Shown here: piece by piece, positions 19,975 through 30,260 of the stretch | Layout of the letters: each line of letters opens with the position of its first letter | Position numbering within the stretch: the stretch's first letter is position 1 | Origin: Candidatus Thermoflexus japonica | Lineage (GTDB): Bacteria > Chloroflexota > Anaerolineae > Thermoflexales > Thermoflexaceae | Length of the DNA stretch: 64,000 nucleotides | Reading direction: 5' to 3' | Assembly: GCA_002898735.1 (NCBI GenBank) | Contig: BEHY01000005.1 | Coordinates: 4,772-68,771 of the forward strand | Program-made: the position numbers and the translations under genes | The notes under the pieces: model-generated | The model's input: the letters and a program-made list of their open reading frames with translations, nothing else | Told to the model about the DNA's origin: nothing | Databases searched by the model: none

Positions 19975-22900
19975 TTATCCCTCCTTCCCATCCTCCTCGG
20001 GCCCGAGGTCGAGCAGGCCCAGGGGCAGGCGCGGCAGCTTCGGCTTCTCCTCCTCCCGCCCGAAACGGATCACCTCGCCGGTATCGGTGATCGCCTCCAC
20101 GGCCACCGCCAGGGACTGCAGCTCTTTCACCAGCACCTTAAAGGAGGCCGGCAGCCCGGGCTCTTCGATCTTCTGCCCCTTGACGATCGCCTCATAGGTC
20201 TTGACACGGCCCAGCACATCGTCCGACTTGACGGTGAGCATCTCCTGGAGCGTATAGGCCGCGCCGTAAGCCTCCAGGGCCCAGACCTCCATTTCGCCGA
20301 AGCGCTGCCCGCCGAACTGCGCTTTGCCGCCCAGGGGCTGCTGGGTGATCAGAGAGTAAGGGCCGGTGGACCGGGCGTGCACCTTGTCCTCCACCAGGTG
20401 GGCCAGCTTCATCATGTAAATCACTCCGACGGTCACCGGCCGATCGAAGGGCTCGCCGGTCTTGCCATCATAAAGGATCATCTTGCCCAGGATGGGCATG
20501 GGCTGGCCTGTCTCCAGCATCACCTCCGTGGCCCGCTGGCGGACCTGCTCGTCGGGGATGTCCCGCGCATCCACCCCGAGGCGCTCCATCCACAGCCGCA
20601 GCCCCACCAGGATGGCCTTTTCATCCGCCTTCCGACGCTCCTCCGGGGAGCGCGGATCATCCTCGAACACCAGGATCTCATCCGGATCGTAGCCCCGATC
20701 GCGGAGCCACTCCCGGAGGTTGCTGCGGCGGGCGTAGACTTCATCGGTGGCCAGGCGATCCACATCGTAGCCCCGGGCGCCCAGGATGGCGGAGAGATAG
20801 AGCAGGCGGGCCTCCGCATCGTCCTGGAGCTCCGAGAGATCATAGCCCTGGGCCTTCAGCCAGCCCCAGCACTGGCGCCGGGCATCCTCCCAGGCCGTGT
20901 CGATCATCCAGGCCCGGGCCAGCTCCGCCTCGATCTCCTGCTCATCCGCCCCGTCGAACACCGGCGTGATCGCCCGGAAGCCCAGCCGCGAGGCGGCCCA
21001 ACCCAGATGGGTCTCCAGAAGCTGGCCGATGTTCATCCGGCTGGGCACCCCCAGGGGGTTCAGGATGATATCCACGGGGGTGCCATCGGGCAGGAAAGGC
21101 ATGTCCTCGATGGGCGCGACCTTAGAGATCACCCCTTTGTTGCCGTGGCGGCCAGCCATTTTGTCGCCCTCGGTGATCTTCCGCCACTGGGCCACCGAAA
21201 CCCGCACAACCGCGTTCACGCCGGCGGGGAGCTCCCGATACTCATCCCGGGTGAAGAGCTTCACGTCGATCACCTTTCCGTGCTCGCCGTGCGGCATCCG
21301 CAGCGAGGAATCCTTCACATCGTGGGCTTTCTCCCCGAAGATGGCCCGGAGCAGGCGCTCCTCCGGGGTCATCTCCCGCTCCCCCTTAGGCGTGACCTTG
21401 CCCACCAGAATATCCCCCGGGCCCACCAGCGCCCCGATGCGGACGATCCCGTTCTCGTCCAGATCCCGGAGCTGTTCCTCGCCGACGTTGGGGATGTCCC
21501 GCGTGATCTCCTCCGGGCCCAGCTTGGCCTCCCGGGCCTCGGCTTCGTATTTCTCAATATGGACGGAGGAATAAATATCCTCCCGCACCAGCCGCTCGCT
21601 GATCACAATCGCGTCCTCAAAGACCTGACCTTCCCACGAGAGGAAGGCGACGATGAGATTGCGGCCCAGGGCCAGCATCCCCTGATCCGTGCTGCTGGAG
21701 TCCGCGATGACCTGCCCCTTCTTCACCTTCTGGCCCTTGAAGACCAGGGGGCGCTGGTGGATACAGGTGCTCTGGTTCGACCGCTGGAAGCGCCGCAACG
21801 GATAGCGATACAGGCGCCGGTTGGTGCCCCGGATCACAATCTCGTCGGCGGTGGCCTGAACGACCTCCCCATCGACCTCCGAGAGGAGGACGTGGCCGGA
21901 ATCCCGGGCCGCCACCCGCTCCATCCCGGTCGCCACGATGGGGGCCTCGGGGCGCAGGAGCGGCACTGCCTGTCGTTGCATATTGGAGCCCATCAGGGCG
22001 CGGTTGGCATCATCATGCTCCAGGAAGGGGATCAGGGAAGCGGAGACCCCCACAATCTGCCGCGGAGCCACGTCCATGTGATCGATCCGCTCCGGAGCCT
22101 CCATCATGAACTTCCCCATATGACGGGCGGGGACACGGGCCTGCTTGAAGTGCCCTTTCTCATCCAGCTCCACGCTCGCCTGGGCGATCACATACCGCTC
22201 TTCTTCATCGGCGGTAAGATACACGATCTCCTGGGTCACAAAGGGCTGGACCTTGATCTCCTCCAGCGGCAGACGGGCGATCCGCTTCGCCAGGGCGGCG
22301 TCCACCTCCGTCCCGGCCGGCGCGATCACCTCCCCGGTCGCCGGATCCACCACGTCCTCCCGCAGGATCCGGCCGATCAGGGCCTCCGGCCGGTTGGGCA
22401 CGGCCCGCTTGACCTTCCGATAGGGGGTCTCGATAAAGCCGAACTCGTTCACCCGGCTGTAGATGGCCAGCCGGCCGATCAGACCGATGTTCGCCCCCTC
22501 CGGCGTTTCGATCGGGCAGATCCGGCCGTAGTGGCTGAGGTGGACGTCCCGCACCTCAAAGCCGGCCCGCTCCCGCCGCAGACCGCCCGGCCCCATCGCC
22601 GAAAGGGTGCGCTTATGCGTGAGCTCCGAGAGGGGGTTCGTCTGATCCATGAACTGGGAAAGCTGACTCGAGCCGAAGAACTCCCGCAGCGCCGCCATCA
22701 CCGGACGGATATTGATCAGCTGCAGCGGGGTGACCGTGGCGGGATCGGCAATGCTCATGCGCTCCTGGATCACCCGCTCCATCCGGCGCAGGCCGACCCG
22801 CATCTTGGCCTGGATCAGCTCGCCCACCGTGCGCACCCGCCGGTTGCCCAGATGGTCCATATCGTCCGGCGGCCGCAACCCGTTGTTGATGCGGATGAGC

Positions 22901-23886
22901 TCCTTGATGATGGCCACGATATCCTGCTTGGTGATCGTGCGATGGTGAATGGGGATCGAGAGCTCCAGCCGCCGGTTCATCTTATACCGGCCGACCCGGT
23001 GCAGATCATAGCGATGCGGATCGAAGAGTTGGGCCGCGAGGAAAGAGGTGGCGTTCTCCAGCGTCGGCGGGTCGCCCGGACGCATCCGGCGGAAGAATTC
23101 GATCAGGGCCTCCTGAGCCAGCGTGCGACCTTCCCGGGGCTCCAGCCGGCCCTCCTGGCGGATGGTGCTCAGAATGTAAGGATGATCGGGATGGGTATCC
23201 ACATCCTTAAAAAGCTCCAGGAGCTCCTCGTCGGTCCCCTCCTTCAGGAGATCGCTGATCCCATCATCCAACGCGGCCAGGGCGCGCAGGAAAAGGGTGA
23301 CGGGCACCGTGCGACGGCGGTTAAAGCGGAGGAGCAACAGGTCGTTGCGCCGGGTCTCGAACTCCAGCCACACTCCCCGGTCCGGGATCAGCTTGGCCAT
23401 CGCCAGGGGACGGCCCAGCGTGGGATCCTCCTCCACGTCGAAGTAGACGCCGGGCGAGCGGATGAGCTGGGAGACCACGACCCGCTCTGTGCCGTTATAG
23501 ATGAACGTGCCGTTGCGGGTGATCCACGGGATCTCCCCGAAGAAGATGTCCTTGACCATGGGCTCCCGCCCGGCCACGATCAGCGCCACCTGAACCCACA
23601 TCCCCCGGCCGTAAGTGAGGTCCCGCTCCAGGCACTCCAGCTCCGTGTACTTGGGCTCGTCGAACCAGTAGCGCAACTTCAACTGCTTGGCCACCGGGTT
23701 GTTGCCCGGAAAATACAAACGCATCTGGCCGTTCAGGCTCTCGATCGGAGAGATCTCATCGAAGAGCTCCTTGAGACCTTCCTCGATAAACCACTGGAAC
23801 GATCGATGCTGGATTTCGATCAGATTCGGCGGCTCCAGGACCTCCGGGATATGCGCGTAGCTCTTCTCACCGTGGATTCGGATCAT
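19975..23886 (-). CDS. rpoB: DNA-directed RNA polymerase subunit beta
   Basis: [32 protein letters not shown] and [17 protein letters not shown]; 1303 aa from ATG 23886. Confidence 0.99.
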   Translation of the reverse strand: MIRIHGEKSYAHIPEVLEPPNLIEIQHRSFQWFIEEGLKELFDEISPIESLNGQMRLYFPGNNPVAKQLKLRYWFDEPKYTELECLERDLTYGRGMWVQVALIVAGREPMVKDIFFGEIPWITRNGTFIYNGTERVVVSQLIRSPGVYFDVEEDPTLGRPLAMAKLIPDRGVWLEFETRRNDLLLLRFNRRRTVPVTLFLRALAALDDGISDLLKEGTDEELLELFKDVDTHPDHPYILSTIRQEGRLEPREGRTLAQEALIEFFRRMRPGDPPTLENATSFLAAQLFDPHRYDLHRVGRYKMNRRLELSIPIHHRTITKQDIVAIIKELIRINNGLRPPDDMDHLGNRRVRTVGELIQAKMRVGLRRMERVIQERMSIADPATVTPLQLINIRPVMAALREFFGSSQLSQFMDQTNPLSELTHKRTLSAMGPGGLRRERAGFEVRDVHLSHYGRICPIETPEGANIGLIGRLAIYSRVNEFGFIETPYRKVKRAVPNRPEALIGRILREDVVDPATGEVIAPAGTEVDAALAKRIARLPLEEIKVQPFVTQEIVYLTADEEERYVIAQASVELDEKGHFKQARVPARHMGKFMMEAPERIDHMDVAPRQIVGVSASLIPFLEHDDANRALMGSNMQRQAVPLLRPEAPIVATGMERVAARDSGHVLLSEVDGEVVQATADEIVIRGTNRRLYRYPLRRFQRSNQSTCIHQRPLVFKGQKVKKGQVIADSSSTDQGMLALGRNLIVAFLSWEGQVFEDAIVISERLVREDIYSSVHIEKYEAEAREAKLGPEEITRDIPNVGEEQLRDLDENGIVRIGALVGPGDILVGKVTPKGEREMTPEERLLRAIFGEKAHDVKDSSLRMPHGEHGKVIDVKLFTRDEYRELPAGVNAVVRVSVAQWRKITEGDKMAGRHGNKGVISKVAPIEDMPFLPDGTPVDIILNPLGVPSRMNIGQLLETHLGWAASRLGFRAITPVFDGADEQEIEAELARAWMIDTAWEDARRQCWGWLKAQGYDLSELQDDAEARLLYLSAILGARGYDVDRLATDEVYARRSNLREWLRDRGYDPDEILVFEDDPRSPEERRKADEKAILVGLRLWMERLGVDARDIPDEQVRQRATEVMLETGQPMPILGKMILYDGKTGEPFDRPVTVGVIYMMKLAHLVEDKVHARSTGPYSLITQQPLGGKAQFGGQRFGEMEVWALEAYGAAYTLQEMLTVKSDDVLGRVKTYEAIVKGQKIEEPGLPASFKVLVKELQSLAVAVEAITDTGEVIRFGREEEKPKLPRLPLGLLDLGPEEDGKEG

Positions 23887-24278
23887 AACAGATCGCTCCC
23901 TCCAGTTGAGGCTCTCACGATTTGTTCGCAGTGAGACTTCCCGCCGGGGGAGGGATGGACCCTTCCCCGTCGTGGCCCATCGGGCCACCAGAGGGGGAGG
24001 GCAGGAAGGAGCCATACCGCCTCCCGGATGGGAGTCAAACAGCGAACAGCGGTCCTAAAATGCGACCTTGAATATCCGGGTGGGATCGGGTAGCTCCGCC
24101 TCTGGGGATCCGATGGGAGATATCGGGATATCACCCCCCATCGAGGATCTTCCGTGAATCGCCGGGAACCACAGACAGATCTTCATCATCCTCCACGACT
24201 GGCCCGGAAGAGGCCAATCCCGCTCCCTATGCGAAGTTTCCCGCGGCATGCTGTGGGGTTTACAAGTCGCAAAGCTAT

Positions 24279-24307
24279 AATATAGCAACAAATCCTGTTT
24301 GTGTCAA
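24279..24307 (-). promoter_or_regulatory. Consensus sigma70 promoter upstream of rpoB
   Basis: Minus strand TTGACA (24307-24302), 17 nt, TATATT (24284-24279), with an extended -10 TG. Confidence 0.75.
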
Positions 24308-24459
24308 ATCTAACCGGGAACGCATCGGGCTTCTCTGTACCGCGGTTAGGCCCGCATACGGGGCCTGAATGAGGGTCGGGCGCTGAAGGCGTCCGACCCC
24401 ACCCATTTCCTGCGGCCTCCGGATCATGGCGGGGAAAAGAGGGCTGGCCTTAGAAGCCC

Positions 24460-24978
24460 TCATGAGGCGCGAAGGATGACCTCCGACCGGCGCTCCCACA
24501 CCACCCGGAACTCCTGAAGCCGATCTTCCAGCGAGCGCAGGGCAGCAGGAAGATCGCCCCCACCGCGGATCGCCTGGCTCAGGACGTCGATGCTCCCCTG
24601 CAGCTCCTCGACCTTCTGGAGGAGATCCGCATCGAACCGATAAAGCGTCTCAAGCTCCGCTTCCCCGATCCGAACGGCATCGAAGAAGCCCGCGTAACCA
24701 TAGCGCGCCACGCCCACCTGATCGGCCAGCGTCTGGATCCGACGGACCGCGCGATCGATCTCATCCACCCGGGAGAGATCGCGTTCTGCCAGCTCGCGCT
24801 GGAGCGCCAGGAGGCGATCGGCGAGCTCCCGAAGCCGCTGACGGATGGCCTCCCGAAGGATCCGATCCGCATCCCGCCGCCGCTCTTTCTCTTTGTATCC
24901 TGCATAGCCGGGGAGGAGACGGAGCCATCGCTCCAGAGCCGGGCGGTTCGCTTTCACGCGCTCCAGGATCTCATCCAT
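24460..24978 (-). CDS. Conserved hypothetical alpha-helical protein
   Basis: GGAGG RBS; LPGYAGYKEKERRRDAD...YGYAGFFD pattern; coiled-coil-like. Confidence 0.7.
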   Translation of the reverse strand: MDEILERVKANRPALERWLRLLPGYAGYKEKERRRDADRILREAIRQRLRELADRLLALQRELAERDLSRVDEIDRAVRRIQTLADQVGVARYGYAGFFDAVRIGEAELETLYRFDADLLQKVEELQGSIDVLSQAIRGGGDLPAALRSLEDRLQEFRVVWERRSEVILRAS

Positions 24979-25062
24979 AAGAACCTCCATTGTCCCGGGG
25001 AGACATGAAAACCCGTTGCTTTCTCTTCGCATCCTTCCGCTCGAATCCGGCTTCCGTCCGGA

Positions 25063-25272
25063 TCATGGGCGACGGCCCTTCCCCTCCGCCAGCTCGACGA
25101 TCTGGCGCAACAGCGTAACCAGTGTGACAGCGCTCTGGACCAGGGCGGCTGGGGATGGCCGTGCGCTTCCTCCGCGCTCCTGTCGGGCCCGCACGTAGAG
25201 ATAGGCCGCCAGCACCCCGAACAGAGCGCCCAGAGCTCCGCCCAGCAGCAACCACCTTCCTTCGCGGCGCAC
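25063..25272 (-). CDS. Small single-TM hypothetical protein
   Basis: GTG start after GGAGGAGGA; hydrophobic segment WLLLGGALGALFGVLAAYLYV; 69 aa. Confidence 0.6.
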   Translation of the reverse strand: MRREGRWLLLGGALGALFGVLAAYLYVRARQERGGSARPSPAALVQSAVTLVTLLRQIVELAEGKGRRP

Positions 25273-25573
25273 GTTGCATCCTCCTCCGGGATTCGTTGCG
25301 GCGTCGCCTCCTATCATAACCCAACATGGGTCGCTTCGCCTTCCTCCCTCCCCGCCACAGCGCCCTCAGGCCGCGGAAGAAGGGCCTTCCGCCTCATCGG
25401 AGAGAGATCCGGCGCGCAAGTTGAGTTATGATAAAACCTGGAGGGCTGGCCATGGCGACGATCCTCGGGATGCGCGGCGGTGAAGATTTCGCCGGACGAG
25501 GGAAATGATCCGGTCTTCCCTCCACCCCGGGATTTCGCCGCATATGGAGGCATCCCATTCCAAGGAGGAAGTC

Positions 25574-26371
25574 ATGCCGTTCGCAACGATCAACGGCCTT
25601 CGCCTCGTCTACGATGTCCGCGGCCAGGGGATCCCGGTGCTCTGGATCCACGGCTTCCCCCTGGGACGCTGGCTCTGGGATCCGCAGGTCGAAGCCCTGG
25701 CGGATATCGCCCGCTCCATCGCGGTGGATCTGCGCGGATTCGGGGGAAGCAGCGCACCCGAAGGTCCATACACCATGGAAACCTACGCGGCCGACCTCCG
25801 GGGATTGCTGGACACCCTGGGGATCGATCGGGTTGTGCTGGCCGGGCTTTCGATGGGTGGCTATGTGGCCTTCGCTTTCTATGCGGCCTATCCGGAACGG
25901 GTCCGGGCCCTGATCCTGGCTGACACCCGGCACCAGGCGGATACGCCGGAGGCGCGGGCGAACCGATACGCCCTGATCGAACGGATCCGGGCCGAGGGAA
26001 CACCTGCCGCGGTGGAGGCGTTCCTCCCTCGTCTGTTCGGTGCCACCACGCAACAGGAGCGGCCGGAGCTGGTGGAAACCCTTCGACGCAAGATGCTTAC
26101 GAATCCCGCCGTCGGGCTCATCGGCGCGCTCCAGGCGATGGCCGAACGGCCGGACCGCACGGAGCTCCTTCCCTCCATCCAGGTGCCGACCCTGGTGATC
26201 GTCGGCGAGGAAGATGCGGTGACCCCGCCCGACACCGCCCGCCAGATGGCGGAAGGAATCCCCCATGCCCGGCTGGTGGTGATCCCACGGGCCGGCCATC
26301 TGGCCAACGTGGAGGCCCATGAGGCGTTCAACGAGGCGGTCCGCACGTTCCTTCGGGAACTGGAAGCCTGA
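25574..26371 (+). CDS. Alpha/beta fold hydrolase (PcaD/MhpC-like)
   Basis: HGFP oxyanion motif, GLSMGG nucleophile elbow, GEED acid and AGHL histidine; AAGGAGG RBS. Confidence 0.9.
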   Translation: MPFATINGLRLVYDVRGQGIPVLWIHGFPLGRWLWDPQVEALADIARSIAVDLRGFGGSSAPEGPYTMETYAADLRGLLDTLGIDRVVLAGLSMGGYVAFAFYAAYPERVRALILADTRHQADTPEARANRYALIERIRAEGTPAAVEAFLPRLFGATTQQERPELVETLRRKMLTNPAVGLIGALQAMAERPDRTELLPSIQVPTLVIVGEEDAVTPPDTARQMAEGIPHARLVVIPRAGHLANVEAHEAFNEAVRTFLRELEA

Positions 26372-26429
26372 GGGATCCATGGCGCATGCAGGGGCGAGCT
26401 CCGGTTCCTGCCCCTCCGGATGGAGAACC

Positions 26430-27917
26430 ATGTCCGCGGAAAAACGGGCGATCGCCATCGTGCGGCGGGCGGTCCGCGAGGCCGCCCGCCGCTTCCAGCT
26501 ATTCCCCCCGGGGGAGCCCGTGGTGGTGGGCGTCTCCGGCGGGCCGGATTCCCTGTGCCTGCTGGATGTGCTGCGGGATCTGGCCCCGGAATTCGGGATT
26601 ACGATTCACGTCGCCCATCTTCACCATGGCCTGCGCGGGGCGGAAGCAGATGCGGACGCGGCCTTCGTGGCGGAACTGGCCCGGGCCTGGGAGCTGCCCT
26701 GCACCATCGAGCGCATGGACGTCCGGGCGCTGGCCGATCAGGAGGGTCTTTCCCTCGAAGAAGCCGCCCGCCAGGCCCGCTATACCTTCCTGGCAGAGGT
26801 CGCCGCTCGGGTGGGGGGCCATACCATCGCCGTTGCTCACCATGCGGATGACCAGGTGGAAACGGTGCTGATGCATCTTTTGCGGGGAAGCGGCCTGGCA
26901 GGGCTGCGGGGCATGCGCCCCCGCATGCCCCTTACGGAATACCATGGCCTGCTGCGCCGGCCTCCGGAGGGGCTCTGGCTTGTGCGGCCCCTTCTGGGGG
27001 TCTGGCGACGGGACATCGAAAACTATCTTCAGGCCAAAGGGCTGACCCCGCGTTTCGACCGATCGAACCTGGATCTCACATTTTTCCGCAATCGGCTGCG
27101 CCATGAGGTTCTCCCCTTCCTGGAGCGCCTGAACCCCCGCCTGCGGGAAACCTGGTGGCGGATGGCCGAGGTCCTCGCGGCTGACTATGAGTTCCTGGCG
27201 CAGACCCTCCTCCAGGTCTGGCCCACCGTCGTCGTCCGTGAAGAGCCGGAGCGCATCGTCTTCGACCTCCCCCGCTGGCGGGGCCTCCCCCTGAGCCTCC
27301 GGCGCATGGCGCTGCGGGAAGCCGCCTTCCGCCTGGCCCACCGCCTGCGGGACCTGCGATTCGAGCACGTGGAGGATGCGATCCGGATGGCTGAGGCAGG
27401 GATGACGGGGAGCATGCTGACCTGGCCCGAAGATCTGCGGGTGGTGGTAGCCTATGGAGATCTGATCATCGCCCGGGAAGGCGCGGTCTGGCCGGATCCG
27501 GATCTTCCCCTGCTGACAGCTCCATTTCCGTTACACCCCGGAGAGACCTCATGGCCCGACGGCCGGTGGGTGGTCCTCTGGGAGGAAATCCGCGTGTGGG
27601 ATCCAGCCCGGCTGCAGCATGCAGATCCATGGACCCTTTATCTGGATGCGGAGCGCACGGGGGCTCGCCTCACTTTCCGGGCTCGTCGTCCGGGGGATCG
27701 CTTTCACCCCGCCGGGATGCCCGGCCCGGTGCGCCTGAAAACCTTCCTGATCAACCAGAAGATCCCCCAGGCCTGGCGCGATCGGTGGCCGCTCCTGGTC
27801 AACGAGCGGGATGAGATCCTGTGGGTCGCTGGCGTGCGGCCCGCCGCGTTCATCCAGCCCGGCCCCGATTGCCCCCGGGTGTGGCGGATCACCATCCGGC
27901 GCGCGATGAAGAGTTAA
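26430..27917 (+). CDS. tilS: tRNA(Ile)-lysidine synthetase
   Basis: VSGGPDS PP-loop, HHADDQVETVL, RPLL and RNRLRH; C-terminal TilS domain. Confidence 0.95.
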   Translation: MSAEKRAIAIVRRAVREAARRFQLFPPGEPVVVGVSGGPDSLCLLDVLRDLAPEFGITIHVAHLHHGLRGAEADADAAFVAELARAWELPCTIERMDVRALADQEGLSLEEAARQARYTFLAEVAARVGGHTIAVAHHADDQVETVLMHLLRGSGLAGLRGMRPRMPLTEYHGLLRRPPEGLWLVRPLLGVWRRDIENYLQAKGLTPRFDRSNLDLTFFRNRLRHEVLPFLERLNPRLRETWWRMAEVLAADYEFLAQTLLQVWPTVVVREEPERIVFDLPRWRGLPLSLRRMALREAAFRLAHRLRDLRFEHVEDAIRMAEAGMTGSMLTWPEDLRVVVAYGDLIIAREGAVWPDPDLPLLTAPFPLHPGETSWPDGRWVVLWEEIRVWDPARLQHADPWTLYLDAERTGARLTFRARRPGDRFHPAGMPGPVRLKTFLINQKIPQAWRDRWPLLVNERDEILWVAGVRPAAFIQPGPDCPRVWRITIRRAMKS

Positions 27918-28005
27918 CTGCGCCTCGCGGCGCTTTGGGTCATCGCATGATGAAAGTCACCCGGATATGAGCGAAGCGCCTGAGATGTCCCTCCCCGTTT
28001 CAGGC

Positions 28006-29151
28006 TCAGCGGAGGAAAGCCCTGAACAGCCCCATCCCTGCTCCCGCCAGCACCACCCATGTGGCGTTGATCGGAAAACGGGCGAGGATCGCCAGGCTGA
28101 GCAGCCCGACCCCCACGGTCAGAGGATCCACCAGGGAGGCCGGCGCGAGCTGGACCAGAACCCCCCCCATCAACCCGAGGGAGGCCGCGTTCACACCATC
28201 CAGGAAGGCGCTGATCGTGGGAGAACACCGCATCCGGGGGATCAGCGGGCCGGTCAGCGCAACGAACACAAAGGACGGAAGGAAGATCCCGAGCGTCGCC
28301 AGAAGGGCGCCCGGGACCCCCGCCAGGAGGTAGCCGATAAATGTGGCGGTGGTGAGAACCGGCCCCGGGGTGATCTGCCCAACGGCCACCGCATCCAGCA
28401 ACTGGGCCTCGGTCAGCCAGCCCAGGCGAGCCACGAAATCCGCCCGCAGAAAGGCCACCAGCACATAACCGCTTCCATACAGAACGGCGCCGATCTTCAG
28501 GAACATCAGAAACATTAGGGGAAGGCTGAAGGGGATCGGGGAAGCGGAGAAGGCCAGCATCGGCAATCCCGCTACGCCCGCCATGGGAATGCGGAACGAC
28601 AACCCCCGACGGCAGAGCACCATCAATGCGCCCGCCGTTAGCAGGAGGAGCAGCTCATGGACGCCCCACAGGTAGAGCCCGAAAACCACCAGGCCGGTCA
28701 GCACCAGAGAGAGGCCCCGCACGGTCCGACGGCCCAGATCCCACAGCGCGTGGGCGATCAGAGCCAGAACCACCGGCTTCACCCCGTAAAGGATCCCCAC
28801 CAGGGCTGGGGCGGTTCGAAAGTGGACATAGAGGGCGGCCAGGGCCATCACAATCATCATGGCCGGCGCGATGAAGGCAATGCCTCCCAGCACCAGCCCG
28901 GGCCATCCCGCCCGGACGAACCCGAGATGGATGGCCATCTCGGTGGAATTGGGGCCGGGGATCAGATACATAGCGCTCAGGAGGTCCAGGAACTGCTCCT
29001 CGGTCACCCACCGTCGGCGACGGACCAGCTCACGGTGCATCATCGCGATGTGCGCCGCCGGCCCGCCGAAGGCGGTAAAGCCCAGCCCCAGGAAGAATTT
29101 CAACACCTCCAGCGCTGAACCCGGATGCGCCCGCTTTTCAGAGCCCTCCAT
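28006..29151 (-). CDS. chrA: Chromate efflux transporter (CHR family)
   Basis: FGGPAAHIAM, PGPNST, YGSGYVL and ITPGPVLTTATFIG. Confidence 0.9.
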   Translation of the reverse strand: MEGSEKRAHPGSALEVLKFFLGLGFTAFGGPAAHIAMMHRELVRRRRWVTEEQFLDLLSAMYLIPGPNSTEMAIHLGFVRAGWPGLVLGGIAFIAPAMMIVMALAALYVHFRTAPALVGILYGVKPVVLALIAHALWDLGRRTVRGLSLVLTGLVVFGLYLWGVHELLLLLTAGALMVLCRRGLSFRIPMAGVAGLPMLAFSASPIPFSLPLMFLMFLKIGAVLYGSGYVLVAFLRADFVARLGWLTEAQLLDAVAVGQITPGPVLTTATFIGYLLAGVPGALLATLGIFLPSFVFVALTGPLIPRMRCSPTISAFLDGVNAASLGLMGGVLVQLAPASLVDPLTVGVGLLSLAILARFPINATWVVLAGAGMGLFRAFLR

Positions 29152-29245
29152 TTCTTCCAACTCCCCGGGAAGAGAGCTGAATTCCATGATTTCGGACGAT
29201 GGGAAGGAAAGCATGCTCCGGCGACCGGCCCGGCCTCAGAAGCCC

Positions 29246-30229
29246 TCAGGAGCCGGGGGGATGATAAGACCATCCATAGCCCTCCGAATCCAGGCGCCAG
29301 ATCCCCCCATCCGGCGCCTGGATGAACAGGGTATTGTAGCGCTCTCGTGCTGTCCCCTGAATCCGGGTGGTGAACCCCTGTTCCGGCCGGAGCGCCCATC
29401 CCAGGCGGGCCTGGACCTCGGGGTCGCTCCGCCAGAGGAGTCCGAACCCCCGAACCGGCTGAAAGCGCCCCGGGGGCGGCGTCAGGGCGGGATCGGATTC
29501 CGGCATCCCCTCCTCGAACAGGTCCACAAACACCCGCCATCGATGGACGGATCCGTCCTCAAAGAGCACGAAGATTTCATCGCGGGCTTGAATCCAGATC
29601 ATATGCCCGTGTTCGAAGGGTTGATAGGCCGCGAAGGAGGCCTGTGGAGGGCCCGAGGGACATTCCGCTGGCGCGTTGGGGAAGAACCACTCCGCCGGGC
29701 ATGCACGAAGGGGCAAACGCAGGCCGCGAGAGATCCACGCCTCGGACGAATCGAACACGAACAGCATGTATTCCAGCGGCTGGCGCAGGTCCGCAGGGGC
29801 CGTCAGGATCTGAGAGCCGGTGGGGGAGACGGGCACCCCCTGGGTCAACCGGCCACCCACGACCGGATACAACCAGGCCTGAACAGCCCCTGTCGATTCC
29901 CAGGTGAGCGTAAAAGCCTCGCCCGGCCTGATCGTTGCCCGATCCGCCTGAAAGAACCGGATGGCCAGGTTCGACGCCCGGGGCGGAGCACCGGATGGGG
30001 GGGAAGCCCCGGGCATGGCCGTCCCGGTTGCTGATGGGAAGGGAGTCTTGAATTCCCCGGTCGCAGGGGGCATGGGCTTCAGGGGGGAAGGCGATGGGGA
30101 AGAAGGGGAAGAAAGAGCGGGGCTTGCGCCGGGCGTCGGGCTGGACCGGACGCTCGAGCCACAGGCGGCCAGCAGCAACAGGAAAATCCCGCCCGCGACA
30201 CTTTTCCCACAGAATGTGCGCTGTCGCAC
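29246..30229 (-). CDS. Predicted lipoprotein with a Pro/Ser/Thr linker, an Ig-like domain and a C-terminal 'RGFG..W' domain
   Basis: Lipobox LLLAAC; low-complexity linker; YQPFEHGHMIW...QPVRGFGLLWR. Confidence 0.65.
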   Translation of the reverse strand: MRQRTFCGKSVAGGIFLLLLAACGSSVRSSPTPGASPALSSPSSPSPSPLKPMPPATGEFKTPFPSATGTAMPGASPPSGAPPRASNLAIRFFQADRATIRPGEAFTLTWESTGAVQAWLYPVVGGRLTQGVPVSPTGSQILTAPADLRQPLEYMLFVFDSSEAWISRGLRLPLRACPAEWFFPNAPAECPSGPPQASFAAYQPFEHGHMIWIQARDEIFVLFEDGSVHRWRVFVDLFEEGMPESDPALTPPPGRFQPVRGFGLLWRSDPEVQARLGWALRPEQGFTTRIQGTARERYNTLFIQAPDGGIWRLDSEGYGWSYHPPGS

Positions 30230-30260
30230 GGAAACCTCCTGTATGGGAGATCCAGAGGCC

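Noticed and set aside
20377-23934. 1185-aa plus-strand ORF, and similar long antisense ORFs at 13194-15335, 38751-41123, 5075-6958 and 44095-45825
   Set aside because: They are shadows of well-supported genes on the opposite strand; stop codons are rare at high GC and no motifs are recognisable
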